A stretch of 64,000 nt of DNA. Source: Bacteroidales bacterium. Its GTDB lineage: Bacteria > Bacteroidota > Bacteroidia > Bacteroidales > UBA932. Below the pieces are notes generated by a model, which saw only the letters and a program-made list of their open reading frames with translations, made no database searches and was not told the origin of the DNA. The stretch lies in the NCBI GenBank assembly GCA_017519865.1, contig JAFWRQ010000037.1, positions 17,460 to 81,459 of the forward strand. The letters are read 5' to 3'. The position numbers and the translations under genes were made by a program. The number at the start of each line of letters is the position of its first letter. The stretch's first letter is position 1. Positions 1 through 9,483 of this stretch are shown piece by piece.

Positions 1-96
1 CTGAAAGGAGCCTCCGGACAGGCAGTACAGAACATGAACATCATGTTCGGGCTGCCGGAGGACACAGGACTCAGACTCAAGGCCTCGGCCTTCTAA
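1..96 (+). CDS. argC: N-acetyl-gamma-glutamyl-phosphate reductase, 3' end (partial)
   Basis: Frame 1 reads [31 protein letters not shown], the typical ArgC C-terminus; first gene of an arg operon. Confidence 0.9.
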   Translation: MKGASGQAVQNMNIMFGLPEDTGLRLKASAF

Positions 97-108
97 TCCA
101 ACGGACTT

Positions 109-1233
109 ATGAATCTGTTCGACGTATATTCCCTCTTCGACGTCACGCCCGTGAGGGCGGAAGGCTGTCGTATCTGGGACGACAAGGGACAGGAATACCT
201 GGACCTCTACGGCGGCCATGCCGTCATCTCCGTGGGGCATACCCATCCTCGGTACGTTGCTGCCCTTAAAGACCAGCTGGACCGTATCGGCTTCTATTCC
301 AACAGTGTGAAGAATCCGCTGCAGGAACAGCTCGCCAAGGAACTCGGCGAGGCTTCGGGCTATCCCGACTACAGCCTCTTCCTGGACAATTCCGGCGCGG
401 AGTCCAACGAGAACGCCCTCAAGCTGGCGTCTTTCCAGACCGGACGCGACCGTGTCATCGCGTTCCGGCGCAGTTTCCACGGCCGTACTTCCGGCGCCGT
501 GGCGGTGACGGACAACCCGAAGATCGTTTCGCCCTTCAATGCCAACCACAAGGTGACGTTCTGCGACCTGAACGACGCTGCCGGGGTTGAAAGGGAACTC
601 GCGAAAGGCGATGTCGCAGGCGTCATCATCGAAGGCATCCAGGGATGCGGCGGCATCCATGTGCCCACCTACGCCTTCCTCCTAGAACTGGAAGCCCTAT
701 GCCATAAGTACGGTGCGATGCTGGTCCTCGACGAGGTGCAGAGCGGCTATGGCCGTACCGGACGCTTCTTTGCCCACCAGTGGGCTGGCATCCGTCCGGA
801 CATCATCACCATGGGCAAGGGCATCGCCAACGGCTTTCCCTGCGGTGGTATACTCATCGCCCCGCACATCAAGGCTGCGAAGGGCATGCTCGGCACCACC
901 TTCGGCGGCAACTACCTCGCGATGGCCGCAGCCCTCGCCGTCCTGGATATAATCCGTGACGAGGACCTAATGGACAACGCGCTGCGGGTAGGGGAGTACC
1001 TCAAGGAGAACATCCCCGCGAGTCCGCTCATCCGCGAGGTGCGCGGACGCGGCCTGATGCTCGGCATGGAGTTCACCTGCCCTGTAGCCGACATTCGCCG
1101 TAAACTCTTGTTCGACAAGCATATATTTACCGGTGTTGCAGGCTCTGACATGATACGCCTGCTCGCGCCGCTTTGTCTCTCCGGGACCGAAGCCGCGACA
1201 TTCATCACCGCCCTTAAAGAAGTACTCGCATGA
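109..1233 (+). CDS. argD: Acetylornithine/succinylornithine aminotransferase (class III PLP)
   Basis: YLDLYGGHAV, SFHGRT, LDEVQSGYGRTG, MGKGIANG (PLP Lys), GTTFGGN; arg operon context. Confidence 0.92.
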   Translation: MNLFDVYSLFDVTPVRAEGCRIWDDKGQEYLDLYGGHAVISVGHTHPRYVAALKDQLDRIGFYSNSVKNPLQEQLAKELGEASGYPDYSLFLDNSGAESNENALKLASFQTGRDRVIAFRRSFHGRTSGAVAVTDNPKIVSPFNANHKVTFCDLNDAAGVERELAKGDVAGVIIEGIQGCGGIHVPTYAFLLELEALCHKYGAMLVLDEVQSGYGRTGRFFAHQWAGIRPDIITMGKGIANGFPCGGILIAPHIKAAKGMLGTTFGGNYLAMAAALAVLDIIRDEDLMDNALRVGEYLKENIPASPLIREVRGRGLMLGMEFTCPVADIRRKLLFDKHIFTGVAGSDMIRLLAPLCLSGTEAATFITALKEVLA

Positions 1234-2192
1234 AATCATTCTTCCACGTTCAGGATATAGGAAACCTCGATGCCGCTCTTGAGGAGGCTCTCGAGGTCAA
1301 GAAGAATCCATTCGCCTGGAAGCATCTGGGCATCGACAAGACCATCATCCTGGTGTTCTTCAACAATTCCCTCCGCACGCGTCTGAGCAGCCAGAAAGCA
1401 GCCCTGAACCTCGGCATGAATCCCATCGTGCTGAATGTCAACGGCGACAGCTGGAAACTCGAGACCGAGATGGGCGTTGTGATGGACGGTGACAAATCCG
1501 AACACCTGCGGGAGGCCATTCCCGTCATCGGGAGTTTCTGCGACATCATAGGCGTTCGCTCCTTCGCCGGACTGACGGACCGGGAGAAGGACTATGGCGA
1601 GGAGATCCTCAGGCAGTTCATCGACTATTCCGGCCGTCCTGTCATCAGCCTCGAGTCCGCCACGGTGCATCCCTGCCAGGCTTTCGCGGACCTGATCACC
1701 ATCGAGGAGCACAAGGAGAGGAAGCGCCCCAAGGTCGTAATGACCTGGGCCCCGCATCCGAGGGCTCTGCCGCAGGCGGTGCCGAACTCTTTCGCGGAGT
1801 GGATGAATGCGGCCGACGTGGACTTCGTCATCACCCATCCTGAGGGATACGAGCTGGATCCCCGCTTCGTCGGCGACGCCGAGGTGGAATACGACCAGAT
1901 GAAGGCCCTTGAGGGCGCAGATTTCGTATATGCCAAGAACTGGAGCTGCCCGGGAGTATCCCTTCCCGAGGAGTATGGAAAAGTCCTGAGCAAGGACATG
2001 GGCTGGACGGTCGATGCGAAGCACATGGCAGTGACCAACAATGCACAGTTCCTGCACTGCCTGCCGGTACGGCGCAACATGATAGTTTCCGACGAGGTGA
2101 TCGACTCGCCGAGGAGCCTGGTCATCCCTGAGGCTGCAAACCGCGTGGTTTCCGCCCAGGTGGTGATGAAACGTATGCTCGAAAGCCTTTGA
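1230..2192 (+). CDS. argF: N-acyl-ornithine carbamoyltransferase (ArgF'-type, probably N-succinyl)
   Basis: FFNNSLRTR, MDGDKSEH, HPCQ, WAPHPRALPQAV and HCLPVRRN motifs of the AOTCase/SOTCase family; ATGA overlap with argD. Confidence 0.9.
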   Translation: MKSFFHVQDIGNLDAALEEALEVKKNPFAWKHLGIDKTIILVFFNNSLRTRLSSQKAALNLGMNPIVLNVNGDSWKLETEMGVVMDGDKSEHLREAIPVIGSFCDIIGVRSFAGLTDREKDYGEEILRQFIDYSGRPVISLESATVHPCQAFADLITIEEHKERKRPKVVMTWAPHPRALPQAVPNSFAEWMNAADVDFVITHPEGYELDPRFVGDAEVEYDQMKALEGADFVYAKNWSCPGVSLPEEYGKVLSKDMGWTVDAKHMAVTNNAQFLHCLPVRRNMIVSDEVIDSPRSLVIPEAANRVVSAQVVMKRMLESL

Positions 2193-2193
2193 G

Positions 2194-2958
2194 ATGGAGA
2201 AACTTACGGTATTGAAAGTCGGGGGCGCGGTAGTAGAGGACCCGCAGGCGCTTGACGCGTTCCTGGAGGGCTTCGCCGCCATGCCGGGACTGAAGGTCCT
2301 GGTGCATGGAGGCGGGCGCGAGGCCACTAAGGTGGCCGCGCAACTCGGCGTCCCCACCAGGATGGTAGAGGGGCGCCGCATCACCGATGCCGATATGCTC
2401 CGCGTGGTCACGATGGTGTACGGCGGGCTGGTCAATAAAGGCGTCGTGGCGGCGCTTCAGGGCCGCGGCGTGAATGCCCTCGGCCTCACCGGCGCCGACC
2501 TCGGCTGCATGAGGGCTGTCAAGCGTCCGGTAAAGGATATCGACTACGGCTATGTCGGCGACATGGAGAAGGTTGACACCTCCATCCTTGCAGACCTCAT
2601 AGCCCGCGACGTCGTTCCGGTGATGGCTCCGCTCTCCTTCGACGGCAAGGGCTCCCTGCTCAATACCAATGCCGACACCATAGCCTCCAGCGTGGCCAAA
2701 GCCCTCGCTGAGCGCTTCGAGGTAACGCTTGTCTACTGCTTCGAGAAAGCAGGCGTCCTTCGCGACCCGGATGATGACGGAAGCGTTATTCCTCTGATTA
2801 CCAAGGAGTCCTTTGCCGGACTCGTCGCTGACGGCACAGTTGCCGGCGGTATGATACCGAAATTGCAGAATGCCCTGGACGCCCTCGAGGGGGGAGTGCA
2901 CGAGGTCCGCATCACGCGGGCTGATGCGCCTCAAGGCGGAACGAAGATAGTTTTATGA
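2194..2958 (+). CDS. argB: Acetylglutamate kinase
   Basis: LKVGGA, VHGGG, GRRITD, NTNADTIA, GGMIPK. Confidence 0.92.
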   Translation: MEKLTVLKVGGAVVEDPQALDAFLEGFAAMPGLKVLVHGGGREATKVAAQLGVPTRMVEGRRITDADMLRVVTMVYGGLVNKGVVAALQGRGVNALGLTGADLGCMRAVKRPVKDIDYGYVGDMEKVDTSILADLIARDVVPVMAPLSFDGKGSLLNTNADTIASSVAKALAERFEVTLVYCFEKAGVLRDPDDDGSVIPLITKESFAGLVADGTVAGGMIPKLQNALDALEGGVHEVRITRADAPQGGTKIVL

Positions 2959-4001
2959 CGGACGCTGAACTCATAGGATTGCTCAAAGGCATGGTCGCTA
3001 TCCCGTCCTTCAGCCGGGAGGAAGGCCCTGTCGCTGACTACATCGAAGGATGGCTCCGCAGACATGGGCTGGAGCCCCGCCGGGTCGGACACAACCTTTG
3101 GTTGGACTCCGAGCCGGGCTCCGACAAGCCCCTGCTGCTCCTGAACGCACATATCGATACCGTCAAACCCGCCGGTGGCTACACCCGCGATCCCTTCCTT
3201 CCGACTGAAGAAGACGGGCGGTTATGGGGCCTGGGTACCAACGATGACGGAGCTTCGGTCGTGGCTTTGCTCGGCGCGTACCTGCGCCTCGCGCAGAAGC
3301 CGCAGCCCTATCATCTCGTCTGGTCTGCGACCGCCGAGGAGGAGGTCTGCGGCCGTAACGGCATCGAATTGATGATACCGGAACTCGGCCCCGTCGCCCT
3401 CGGCATCATCGGCGAGCCCACGGGAATGCAGATGGCGGTGGCCGAAAAAGGCCTGATGGTGCTGGACTGCACCGCCCGCGGCAGGAGCGGCCACGCCGCC
3501 CGTGAGGAAGGTGTTAACGCCATCTACGAAGCTTTGAAGGATATCGACTGGTTCAGGAACCACCGTTTCCCGAAGGTGTCCCCCTATCTGGGACCGGTCA
3601 AGATGTCCGTGACTATGATACAGGCCGGAACGCAACACAATGTCGTGCCTGACGCCTGCACGTTCGTGGTGGACGTCCGTCCGAACGGTATGTACTCCAA
3701 TCCTGAACTGCTCGCCCTGATCAAGGAGTCCGTTTCCTGCGAAGTGAAAGAGCGTTCAACCCGAATCGGCAGCTCGCACATCGACATATCGCATCCGGTC
3801 GTGCAGCGAGGGCTTTCGCTCGGACTGGAGGCATTCGGCTCTCCGACCACTTCCAATCAGGCCATAGTGCCGTTCACTACGCTAAAGATTGGCCCCGGCC
3901 AGTCCTCGCGCTCGCATACGGCCGACGAATACATTGAAATACAGGAAATCACCTCCGCCGTCGAGACCTATGTGAGTCTCCTTGACGGACTTGCGATATA
4001 G
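2955..4001 (+). CDS. argE: M20 family acetyl/succinyl-ornithine deacylase
   Basis: NAHIDTV, GLGTNDD, AEEE, GEPT, GHAA, SHTADEY; arg operon. Confidence 0.85.
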   Translation: MTDAELIGLLKGMVAIPSFSREEGPVADYIEGWLRRHGLEPRRVGHNLWLDSEPGSDKPLLLLNAHIDTVKPAGGYTRDPFLPTEEDGRLWGLGTNDDGASVVALLGAYLRLAQKPQPYHLVWSATAEEEVCGRNGIELMIPELGPVALGIIGEPTGMQMAVAEKGLMVLDCTARGRSGHAAREEGVNAIYEALKDIDWFRNHRFPKVSPYLGPVKMSVTMIQAGTQHNVVPDACTFVVDVRPNGMYSNPELLALIKESVSCEVKERSTRIGSSHIDISHPVVQRGLSLGLEAFGSPTTSNQAIVPFTTLKIGPGQSSRSHTADEYIEIQEITSAVETYVSLLDGLAI

Positions 4002-4004
4002 CTT

Positions 4005-5336
4005 ATGAAACTCTGGGACAAAGGATTCTCCGTTGACGAAAAGATCGACCGCTTCACGGTCGGCAAGGACCGCGAACTCGACCTGTACCTCGCACCCTAC
4101 GACGTGCTTGGTACGATGGCGCACATTACGATGCTTGAGAGTGTGGGATTGCTCGAAAAGGATGAACTCGATGCGCTCCTGCCCGAGCTGAAGGCCATCT
4201 ACAAGATGGCTTGCGAGGGCAATTTCATCATCGAGGACGACATCGAGGACGTCCATTCGCAGGTCGAACTGATGCTCACCCGCAAGCTCGGTGACCTCGG
4301 CAAGAAAGTCCACACAGGTCGTTCGCGCAACGACCAGGTGATGGTGGACCTCAAGCTTTTCGCCCGCGCGGAGATCGAGAAGACCGTCGGCAAGGTCAAG
4401 GCCCTCTTCGATATCCTGCTCAAGCGCAGCGAAGAGTGCAAGGATATCCTTATGCCTGGATATACGCACCTTCAGGTTGCCATGCCTTCGTCCTTCGGCC
4501 TCTGGTTCGGCGCGTACGCCGAGAGCCTCGCCGAGGATATGGAGATGCTCCTCGCGGCCTGGAAGGTCACGAACCGCAACCCTCTCGGAGCGGCGGCAGG
4601 CTACGGCTCCTCCGCTCCGCTCGACCGCAGCCTGACTACGGCCCTGCTGGGTTTCGACGACCTCGACTACAACTCCGTCTATGCCCAGATGGGTCGCGGC
4701 AAGACCGAGCGCATCATCTCCTTTGCCTTCGCTTCTGTCGCCGAGACGCTCGGTCGCCTGGCGATGGACTGCTGCCTGTTCAACAGCCAGAATTTCGCCT
4801 TCGTCAAGCTGCCGGATGCCCTTACTACCGGATCCAGCATAATGCCTCACAAGAAGAATCCCGATGTCTTCGAGCTTATCCGGGCCCACTGCAACCGCAT
4901 CAACGGCATCCCCGGCACCATCCGCCTCATCGGCACCAACCTCCCTTCGGGCTATTTCCGTGACATGCAGCTGATCAAGGAAGTCTTCGTGCCTATGTTC
5001 GAGGAGATGGACGACTGTCTGGACATAGCCAGGTTCGCCATCGAGAATATGGCCGTGTCGAAGGACCTGATGTCCGACCCGCGCTATCAGTTGGCTTTCA
5101 GTGTCGAGGAGGTCAACCGCCGCGTCGCGGAGGGTGTTCCTTTCCGTGACGCCTACCGCCAGGTCGGAATGGAAATACAGAAAGGGGAGTTCACCTGGAA
5201 AGGCGAACTCCACCATACGCATGAAGGATCGGTCGGTAATCTCTGCAACGGACAGATCGCTGCCAAGATGGACCACGTCCTGGAGCTTTTCACTTTCAAG
5301 AGCGTGTCCGCAGCGCTTTCAGCCCTTCTTATTTGA
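4005..5336 (+). CDS. argH: Argininosuccinate lyase
   Basis: HTGRSRNDQ, MPGYTHLQ, GSSIMPHKKNPD fumarate-lyase signature. Confidence 0.95.
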   Translation: MKLWDKGFSVDEKIDRFTVGKDRELDLYLAPYDVLGTMAHITMLESVGLLEKDELDALLPELKAIYKMACEGNFIIEDDIEDVHSQVELMLTRKLGDLGKKVHTGRSRNDQVMVDLKLFARAEIEKTVGKVKALFDILLKRSEECKDILMPGYTHLQVAMPSSFGLWFGAYAESLAEDMEMLLAAWKVTNRNPLGAAAGYGSSAPLDRSLTTALLGFDDLDYNSVYAQMGRGKTERIISFAFASVAETLGRLAMDCCLFNSQNFAFVKLPDALTTGSSIMPHKKNPDVFELIRAHCNRINGIPGTIRLIGTNLPSGYFRDMQLIKEVFVPMFEEMDDCLDIARFAIENMAVSKDLMSDPRYQLAFSVEEVNRRVAEGVPFRDAYRQVGMEIQKGEFTWKGELHHTHEGSVGNLCNGQIAAKMDHVLELFTFKSVSAALSALLI

Positions 5337-6516
5337 AAAGTTTCAAATCGATTCCCTTGCCCATCGTCTCGTAGCCGGAGGCGTTGAGGTGCAGCCAGTC
5401 GTTTTCGAATAGGAAGGCCGGGTTCAGCCGGTCGGGGTCCTGCGTGTCACGGACCATAGCGTCGAAATCTATCACACCGTCGAACTCTCCGCCCGTGCGG
5501 ATCCACTCGTTCAGGGCCTTGCGGCCTTCCTCGTGGTTGCCGCGGGCGTAGCCGTTGCCCTTGAATGGAGTGACGGTGGCGCCGAACACTTTGATGCCGC
5601 GGGCGTGGGCCTCGCGGATGATCTGCTGCCAGGCTTTCTTGACACCCTCTGCGGTGGCGACTCCGTCCATGGAATTCCCAAGGTCGTTGACTCCCTCGAA
5701 CAGAATGACATACTTCACGCCTTCGTGGCCGAAGAGGTCGCGTTTGTAGCGGCTCAGGCCCGTGGGGCCGAGGCCGCCCTGCAGCACGCAGTTGCCGCCG
5801 AGACCGAAGTTCAGGACGGCGATATTCTTGTTGTGTGCCAGAAGGTTACGGGACAATTGGTCGGTCCAGCGGTCCTGGCCGTTGGTGGTGGTGCCTCGGC
5901 CGTCCGTGATTGAGTCGCCGAGTACGGCTATGGCCGAGGCCTTCTTGGTCGGGATAACGTCGATGGCGCTGATGGTGTACCAGTGGTCGGTCTTGGCGGC
6001 GGGGTTGGAGAAGTCAGTGGTATTGCCTTCGGCGATGTATGAGGTGGTCCTGGATCCGGGGTGGCTGGTAAGTGTAGTGGAGGGAACCAGGCCGTAGTGG
6101 ATGGTGATGGCGAGGTTCATCCTCTCCTTGACCTTGAACCTGACGGGGTTGGAGACTACCGCCTCGCCGGCTTTCATCGCCACGTAGGGGCTGCCGTTGA
6201 AAGTCAGTGCCACTGAGGTCTTTTCATCAATCTCCGGCGAGGCCCCCATAGTCTTGGCGACGGCTATCTCAACGCCCTGGATCTCAGTGGTCCCGTCGTT
6301 GAAAATGTTGGACAGATGGAGTCTTAGCCGCTTGCCGGCGACTGAGACCTGTACGGTCTGGCGGAAGGAATTGCCGGACAGGTATGGCTCAGGAGGCATG
6401 TTGTGAGGTTCGGCTATCTGAAGGGCCGTCGCCCAGGTGGTGACCCAGTCTTTCTTGCACGAGCCAAGACTGAGGGCTGCGGCAAGGATAAGTATGCTTG
6501 CGAGTATTCTTTTCAT
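5329..6516 (-). CDS. SGNH/GDSL hydrolase lipoprotein (putative carbohydrate esterase)
   Basis: Lipobox LGSC; blocks GDSITDG, GLGGN, EGVND, DWLH. Confidence 0.85.
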   Translation of the reverse strand: MKRILASILILAAALSLGSCKKDWVTTWATALQIAEPHNMPPEPYLSGNSFRQTVQVSVAGKRLRLHLSNIFNDGTTEIQGVEIAVAKTMGASPEIDEKTSVALTFNGSPYVAMKAGEAVVSNPVRFKVKERMNLAITIHYGLVPSTTLTSHPGSRTTSYIAEGNTTDFSNPAAKTDHWYTISAIDVIPTKKASAIAVLGDSITDGRGTTTNGQDRWTDQLSRNLLAHNKNIAVLNFGLGGNCVLQGGLGPTGLSRYKRDLFGHEGVKYVILFEGVNDLGNSMDGVATAEGVKKAWQQIIREAHARGIKVFGATVTPFKGNGYARGNHEEGRKALNEWIRTGGEFDGVIDFDAMVRDTQDPDRLNPAFLFENDWLHLNASGYETMGKGIDLKLFK

Positions 6517-6525
6517 GGCTTTACA

Positions 6526-8586
6526 CTATTTTCCGGGTGCAACGGGACCGCCGCTGGACATTGCCCCTCCGGGGACGAAGCGGCGGTTGGGGACTAGTAC
6601 GGGACGGAGGTCCTCGCCATGCGTCGGCATGCCGGCGCGGTCGGAGAGGACGGACCTGGTCATCACGGAGTCGATGGGCATATTGAGAGGACGTACGCCG
6701 GAGGGGAGGTCCTTACCGGAGAATGTCTGGAAATAGCCCACGCAGGCGTCGCGCCACCATTCAGCGTCATTGCGCTGGATGGTGAGCTTGCGGGTGACTT
6801 CATCGAAAATGGCCTGGCTGACATAGGGCTTCAGGCCCTCCCAGGTCTTCAGGAAGGCTTCCACCTCGGAGATGCCGGTGTCGTAATGCAGGCAGAGTTC
6901 ATCCCAGGTGGTCCTTCCGGTGGAGAGTTTGTAGCCCCACGGTACGTGGTGGAACCAGAGCAGCAGGTTTTCGGGACAGGTCTTGAGGTCGTTGAAAGTC
7001 GAGGCGAGAGGTTCATGATACTGGTCCACGTTGTCCGAGCCCTCCCTGGTGCGGTCGAAGCCGATGCCGTCGGGCCCGGCGTTGTGGTAGAACGCCGGAG
7101 ACCAGTCCCTGCGGACGCTGGTCTCCCAGGGGCCGGGACCGTAGTGTGAGCCTGCAAAGAGATGATGCAGGCCCATCGGCATCGTATAGTTGACCGCGGC
7201 CTCGCGGGATTCCATCATAATATCCTTGACGGGGTCGACGAATTTCTTGTCAAAAGCCTTGGAGGACATGCCGTCAGGCTTGATGAAGGTCTGGCGTATC
7301 CACTCGTCCGCGATCTGCTCCGCTCCGAGTGTCGGATCCCAAGCCAGACGGCCGAAAAGATACCAGTTGGACTGGGCGAAGATATAGCCCGAGAAGTTGG
7401 GGTCCTGGCCTGTATTTGCCACGCCGGCGAGACCTTTGACCATCTTCGCCACGGTCGAGCCTTCCCCGTCACGGTACGTGTCGCTGTCCAGGCACTCTTC
7501 GTAGGTCGTTCCGTGATAGACCAGGTGGTTCGAGAAACCGAGGTATTCCTGGGTGATCTGGAACTCGACCATCATATTTGTCTTGGACATCCTCCCGAAG
7601 AGGGGATTGAAGGGCTCCCGGGCCTGGAAATCGACAGGGCCGTTCTTGATCTGGACGATGACGTTGTCGGCAAACTGTCCGTCCAGGGGCTCGAACTCGT
7701 CTACTGCCTGACTGGCCCGGTCGGGGCTGGTGGGGCTGTAGACGAAGGCACGCCACATCACTATGCCGCCATAGGGCCTGACGGCTTCAGCAAGCATGTT
7801 GGCGCCGTCGGCGTGGGTGCGGCCGTAGTCCTGCGGCCCGGCCTGGCCTTCGGAGTTGGCTTTTACGAGAAAGCCCCCGAAGTCGGGGATGGCTGCATAT
7901 ATCTCGGCGGCCTTGTCCTTCCACCATTGGCGGACCTGCGGGTCGAAGGGGTCGCCGCTGGTGAGGCCGCTGAGGGTTATGGGACTGGTCCATTTGATTG
8001 ACAGGTAAGTCTTTATGCCGTATTCGCGAAGGATGTCCGCTATCTTCGCCACGCGGGCGATGTGCTCCTCGTCAAGGATCAGGGGGTTGGAGTTGACGTT
8101 GTTGAGGACCGAGCCGTTGATGCCGACCGAGGCGCAGAGCTCCGCATATTTGCGGATGCGCGCCTCGGGGATCTGCGGCGAGGTCCACTCCCAAATGGAA
8201 GGGCCGGCATAGCCGCGCTCGACGGTATCGTCAAGGTTGTCCCAGTGGTTGAGGATGCGGTACTCGTAGTAAGGCTTGGAGCGCAGGTCGATGCCGGGTC
8301 CGGCCTGGCCGATGGCCTCGGCCCGCTGCAAGGCGTACACGCCGTAGCGGACGCCGGCCTCGGAGCCGCCGGCGACTACGCGCCGTCCCGCCTCGTCGAA
8401 GATATGGTATTCTTCATCGGCGAGACTTCCGTCCACCCGTGTTTCCACTGTGGTGAGAATCTCTTCGTAAGGCCGTGAATTGGCGAACCAGAGGACGGTT
8501 CCGTCCTGGTCAGCAGGCTTCGGAGCACTGCAGCCAAGAAGCAGCGCGATCAAACCGCCGAAAGTGACAATATGCTTGATGCTCAT
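6526..8586 (-). CDS. Alpha-glucuronidase, GH67, lipoprotein
   Basis: LNHWDNLD, GINGSVLNNVN, KANSEGQAGP, QIKNGPVDFQ, EFQITQEYLG, LLWFHHVPW, WWRDAC; N-terminal LLGC lipobox. Confidence 0.92.
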   Translation of the reverse strand: MSIKHIVTFGGLIALLLGCSAPKPADQDGTVLWFANSRPYEEILTTVETRVDGSLADEEYHIFDEAGRRVVAGGSEAGVRYGVYALQRAEAIGQAGPGIDLRSKPYYEYRILNHWDNLDDTVERGYAGPSIWEWTSPQIPEARIRKYAELCASVGINGSVLNNVNSNPLILDEEHIARVAKIADILREYGIKTYLSIKWTSPITLSGLTSGDPFDPQVRQWWKDKAAEIYAAIPDFGGFLVKANSEGQAGPQDYGRTHADGANMLAEAVRPYGGIVMWRAFVYSPTSPDRASQAVDEFEPLDGQFADNVIVQIKNGPVDFQAREPFNPLFGRMSKTNMMVEFQITQEYLGFSNHLVYHGTTYEECLDSDTYRDGEGSTVAKMVKGLAGVANTGQDPNFSGYIFAQSNWYLFGRLAWDPTLGAEQIADEWIRQTFIKPDGMSSKAFDKKFVDPVKDIMMESREAAVNYTMPMGLHHLFAGSHYGPGPWETSVRRDWSPAFYHNAGPDGIGFDRTREGSDNVDQYHEPLASTFNDLKTCPENLLLWFHHVPWGYKLSTGRTTWDELCLHYDTGISEVEAFLKTWEGLKPYVSQAIFDEVTRKLTIQRNDAEWWRDACVGYFQTFSGKDLPSGVRPLNMPIDSVMTRSVLSDRAGMPTHGEDLRPVLVPNRRFVPGGAMSSGGPVAPGK

Positions 8587-8608
8587 ATTATGATTTGTGA
8601 TTATTGTG

Positions 8609-9415
8609 TTACAATCCTTTGGATTTTGCTTCGTCCCAGACTGCGTCCATCTCCTGCAGCGTCAAGTCGGAGAAGCCGCGTCCATCCTCGTGGAGTCTGC
8701 GCTCCAGGTAGTCGAAGCGGCGGCGGAACTTGCTGCAGGTGCGGCTGAGCGCCGCCTCGGGATCGACTCCGTACAGCCTGGCGGCATTTATGACGGAGAA
8801 CAACAGGTCTCCGAACTCCAGTTCCAGCTCGTCGGAGGCTGCGGTTGCGGCGGCTTCTTCGATCTCCGAGCATTCTTCCTTGACCTTGTCCCAGACTCCC
8901 TCCTTCTCCTTCCAGTCGAAACCGCAGCCGCGGGCTTTCTCCTGCATCGAAAGGGCCCTCAGGAGGGCCGGCATAGTGTCAGGGATGCCGCTCATGACCG
9001 TCCTGTTGCCGTCCTTCTCCTTTGCCTTGACAATTTCCCAGGTGTCGGCGATTTCCTTGGCCGACGGCGCCTCACCCTCCGGAAGGAGGGTCCCGTCGGC
9101 GCGGAACACGTGCGGATGGCGGAACACCATCTTGTGGCAGACCTTGTCGATACTGTCCGCTATGTCGAATTCGCCCTTTTCCTGGGCTATCCTGGCGTAG
9201 AAAACCATATGATAGAGCAGGTCGCCGATCTCCTTGGCGATGCCCTGCGGGTTGCCCTTCACGATTTCGTCGCTGAGTTCGTATACCTCTTCCTCCGTCA
9301 TGGGGCGGATGCTCTCCATGGTCTGCTCGGCGTTCCATGGACAGCGTTCCCTGAGGCTGTCCATTATGTCGAGCAGACGGCCGAATGCCTGTATCTTTTC
9401 TTCTCTGGTGTGCAT
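8609..9415 (-). CDS. mazG: Nucleoside triphosphate pyrophosphohydrolase MazG
   Basis: CPW..QT, EEVYEL, EIGDLL, RHPHVF, GFDW, EFGDLLF, KFRRRF; two MazG repeats. Confidence 0.92.
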   Translation of the reverse strand: MHTREEKIQAFGRLLDIMDSLRERCPWNAEQTMESIRPMTEEEVYELSDEIVKGNPQGIAKEIGDLLYHMVFYARIAQEKGEFDIADSIDKVCHKMVFRHPHVFRADGTLLPEGEAPSAKEIADTWEIVKAKEKDGNRTVMSGIPDTMPALLRALSMQEKARGCGFDWKEKEGVWDKVKEECSEIEEAAATAASDELELEFGDLLFSVINAARLYGVDPEAALSRTCSKFRRRFDYLERRLHEDGRGFSDLTLQEMDAVWDEAKSKGL

Positions 9416-9431
9416 GTAAGGATGATTTCTA

Positions 9432-9459
9432 CAAATTTACAAAAAAGATAGTATCTTTG
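9432..9459. promoter_or_regulatory. Divergent Bacteroidetes sigma70-type -7 elements (mazG and CoA-transferase)
   Basis: TAAATTTG on minus at 9432-9439 and TATCTTTG on plus at 9452-9459 match TAnnTTTG. Confidence 0.7.
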
Positions 9460-9483
9460 CACTCCGCACTAACTAATACTGGA

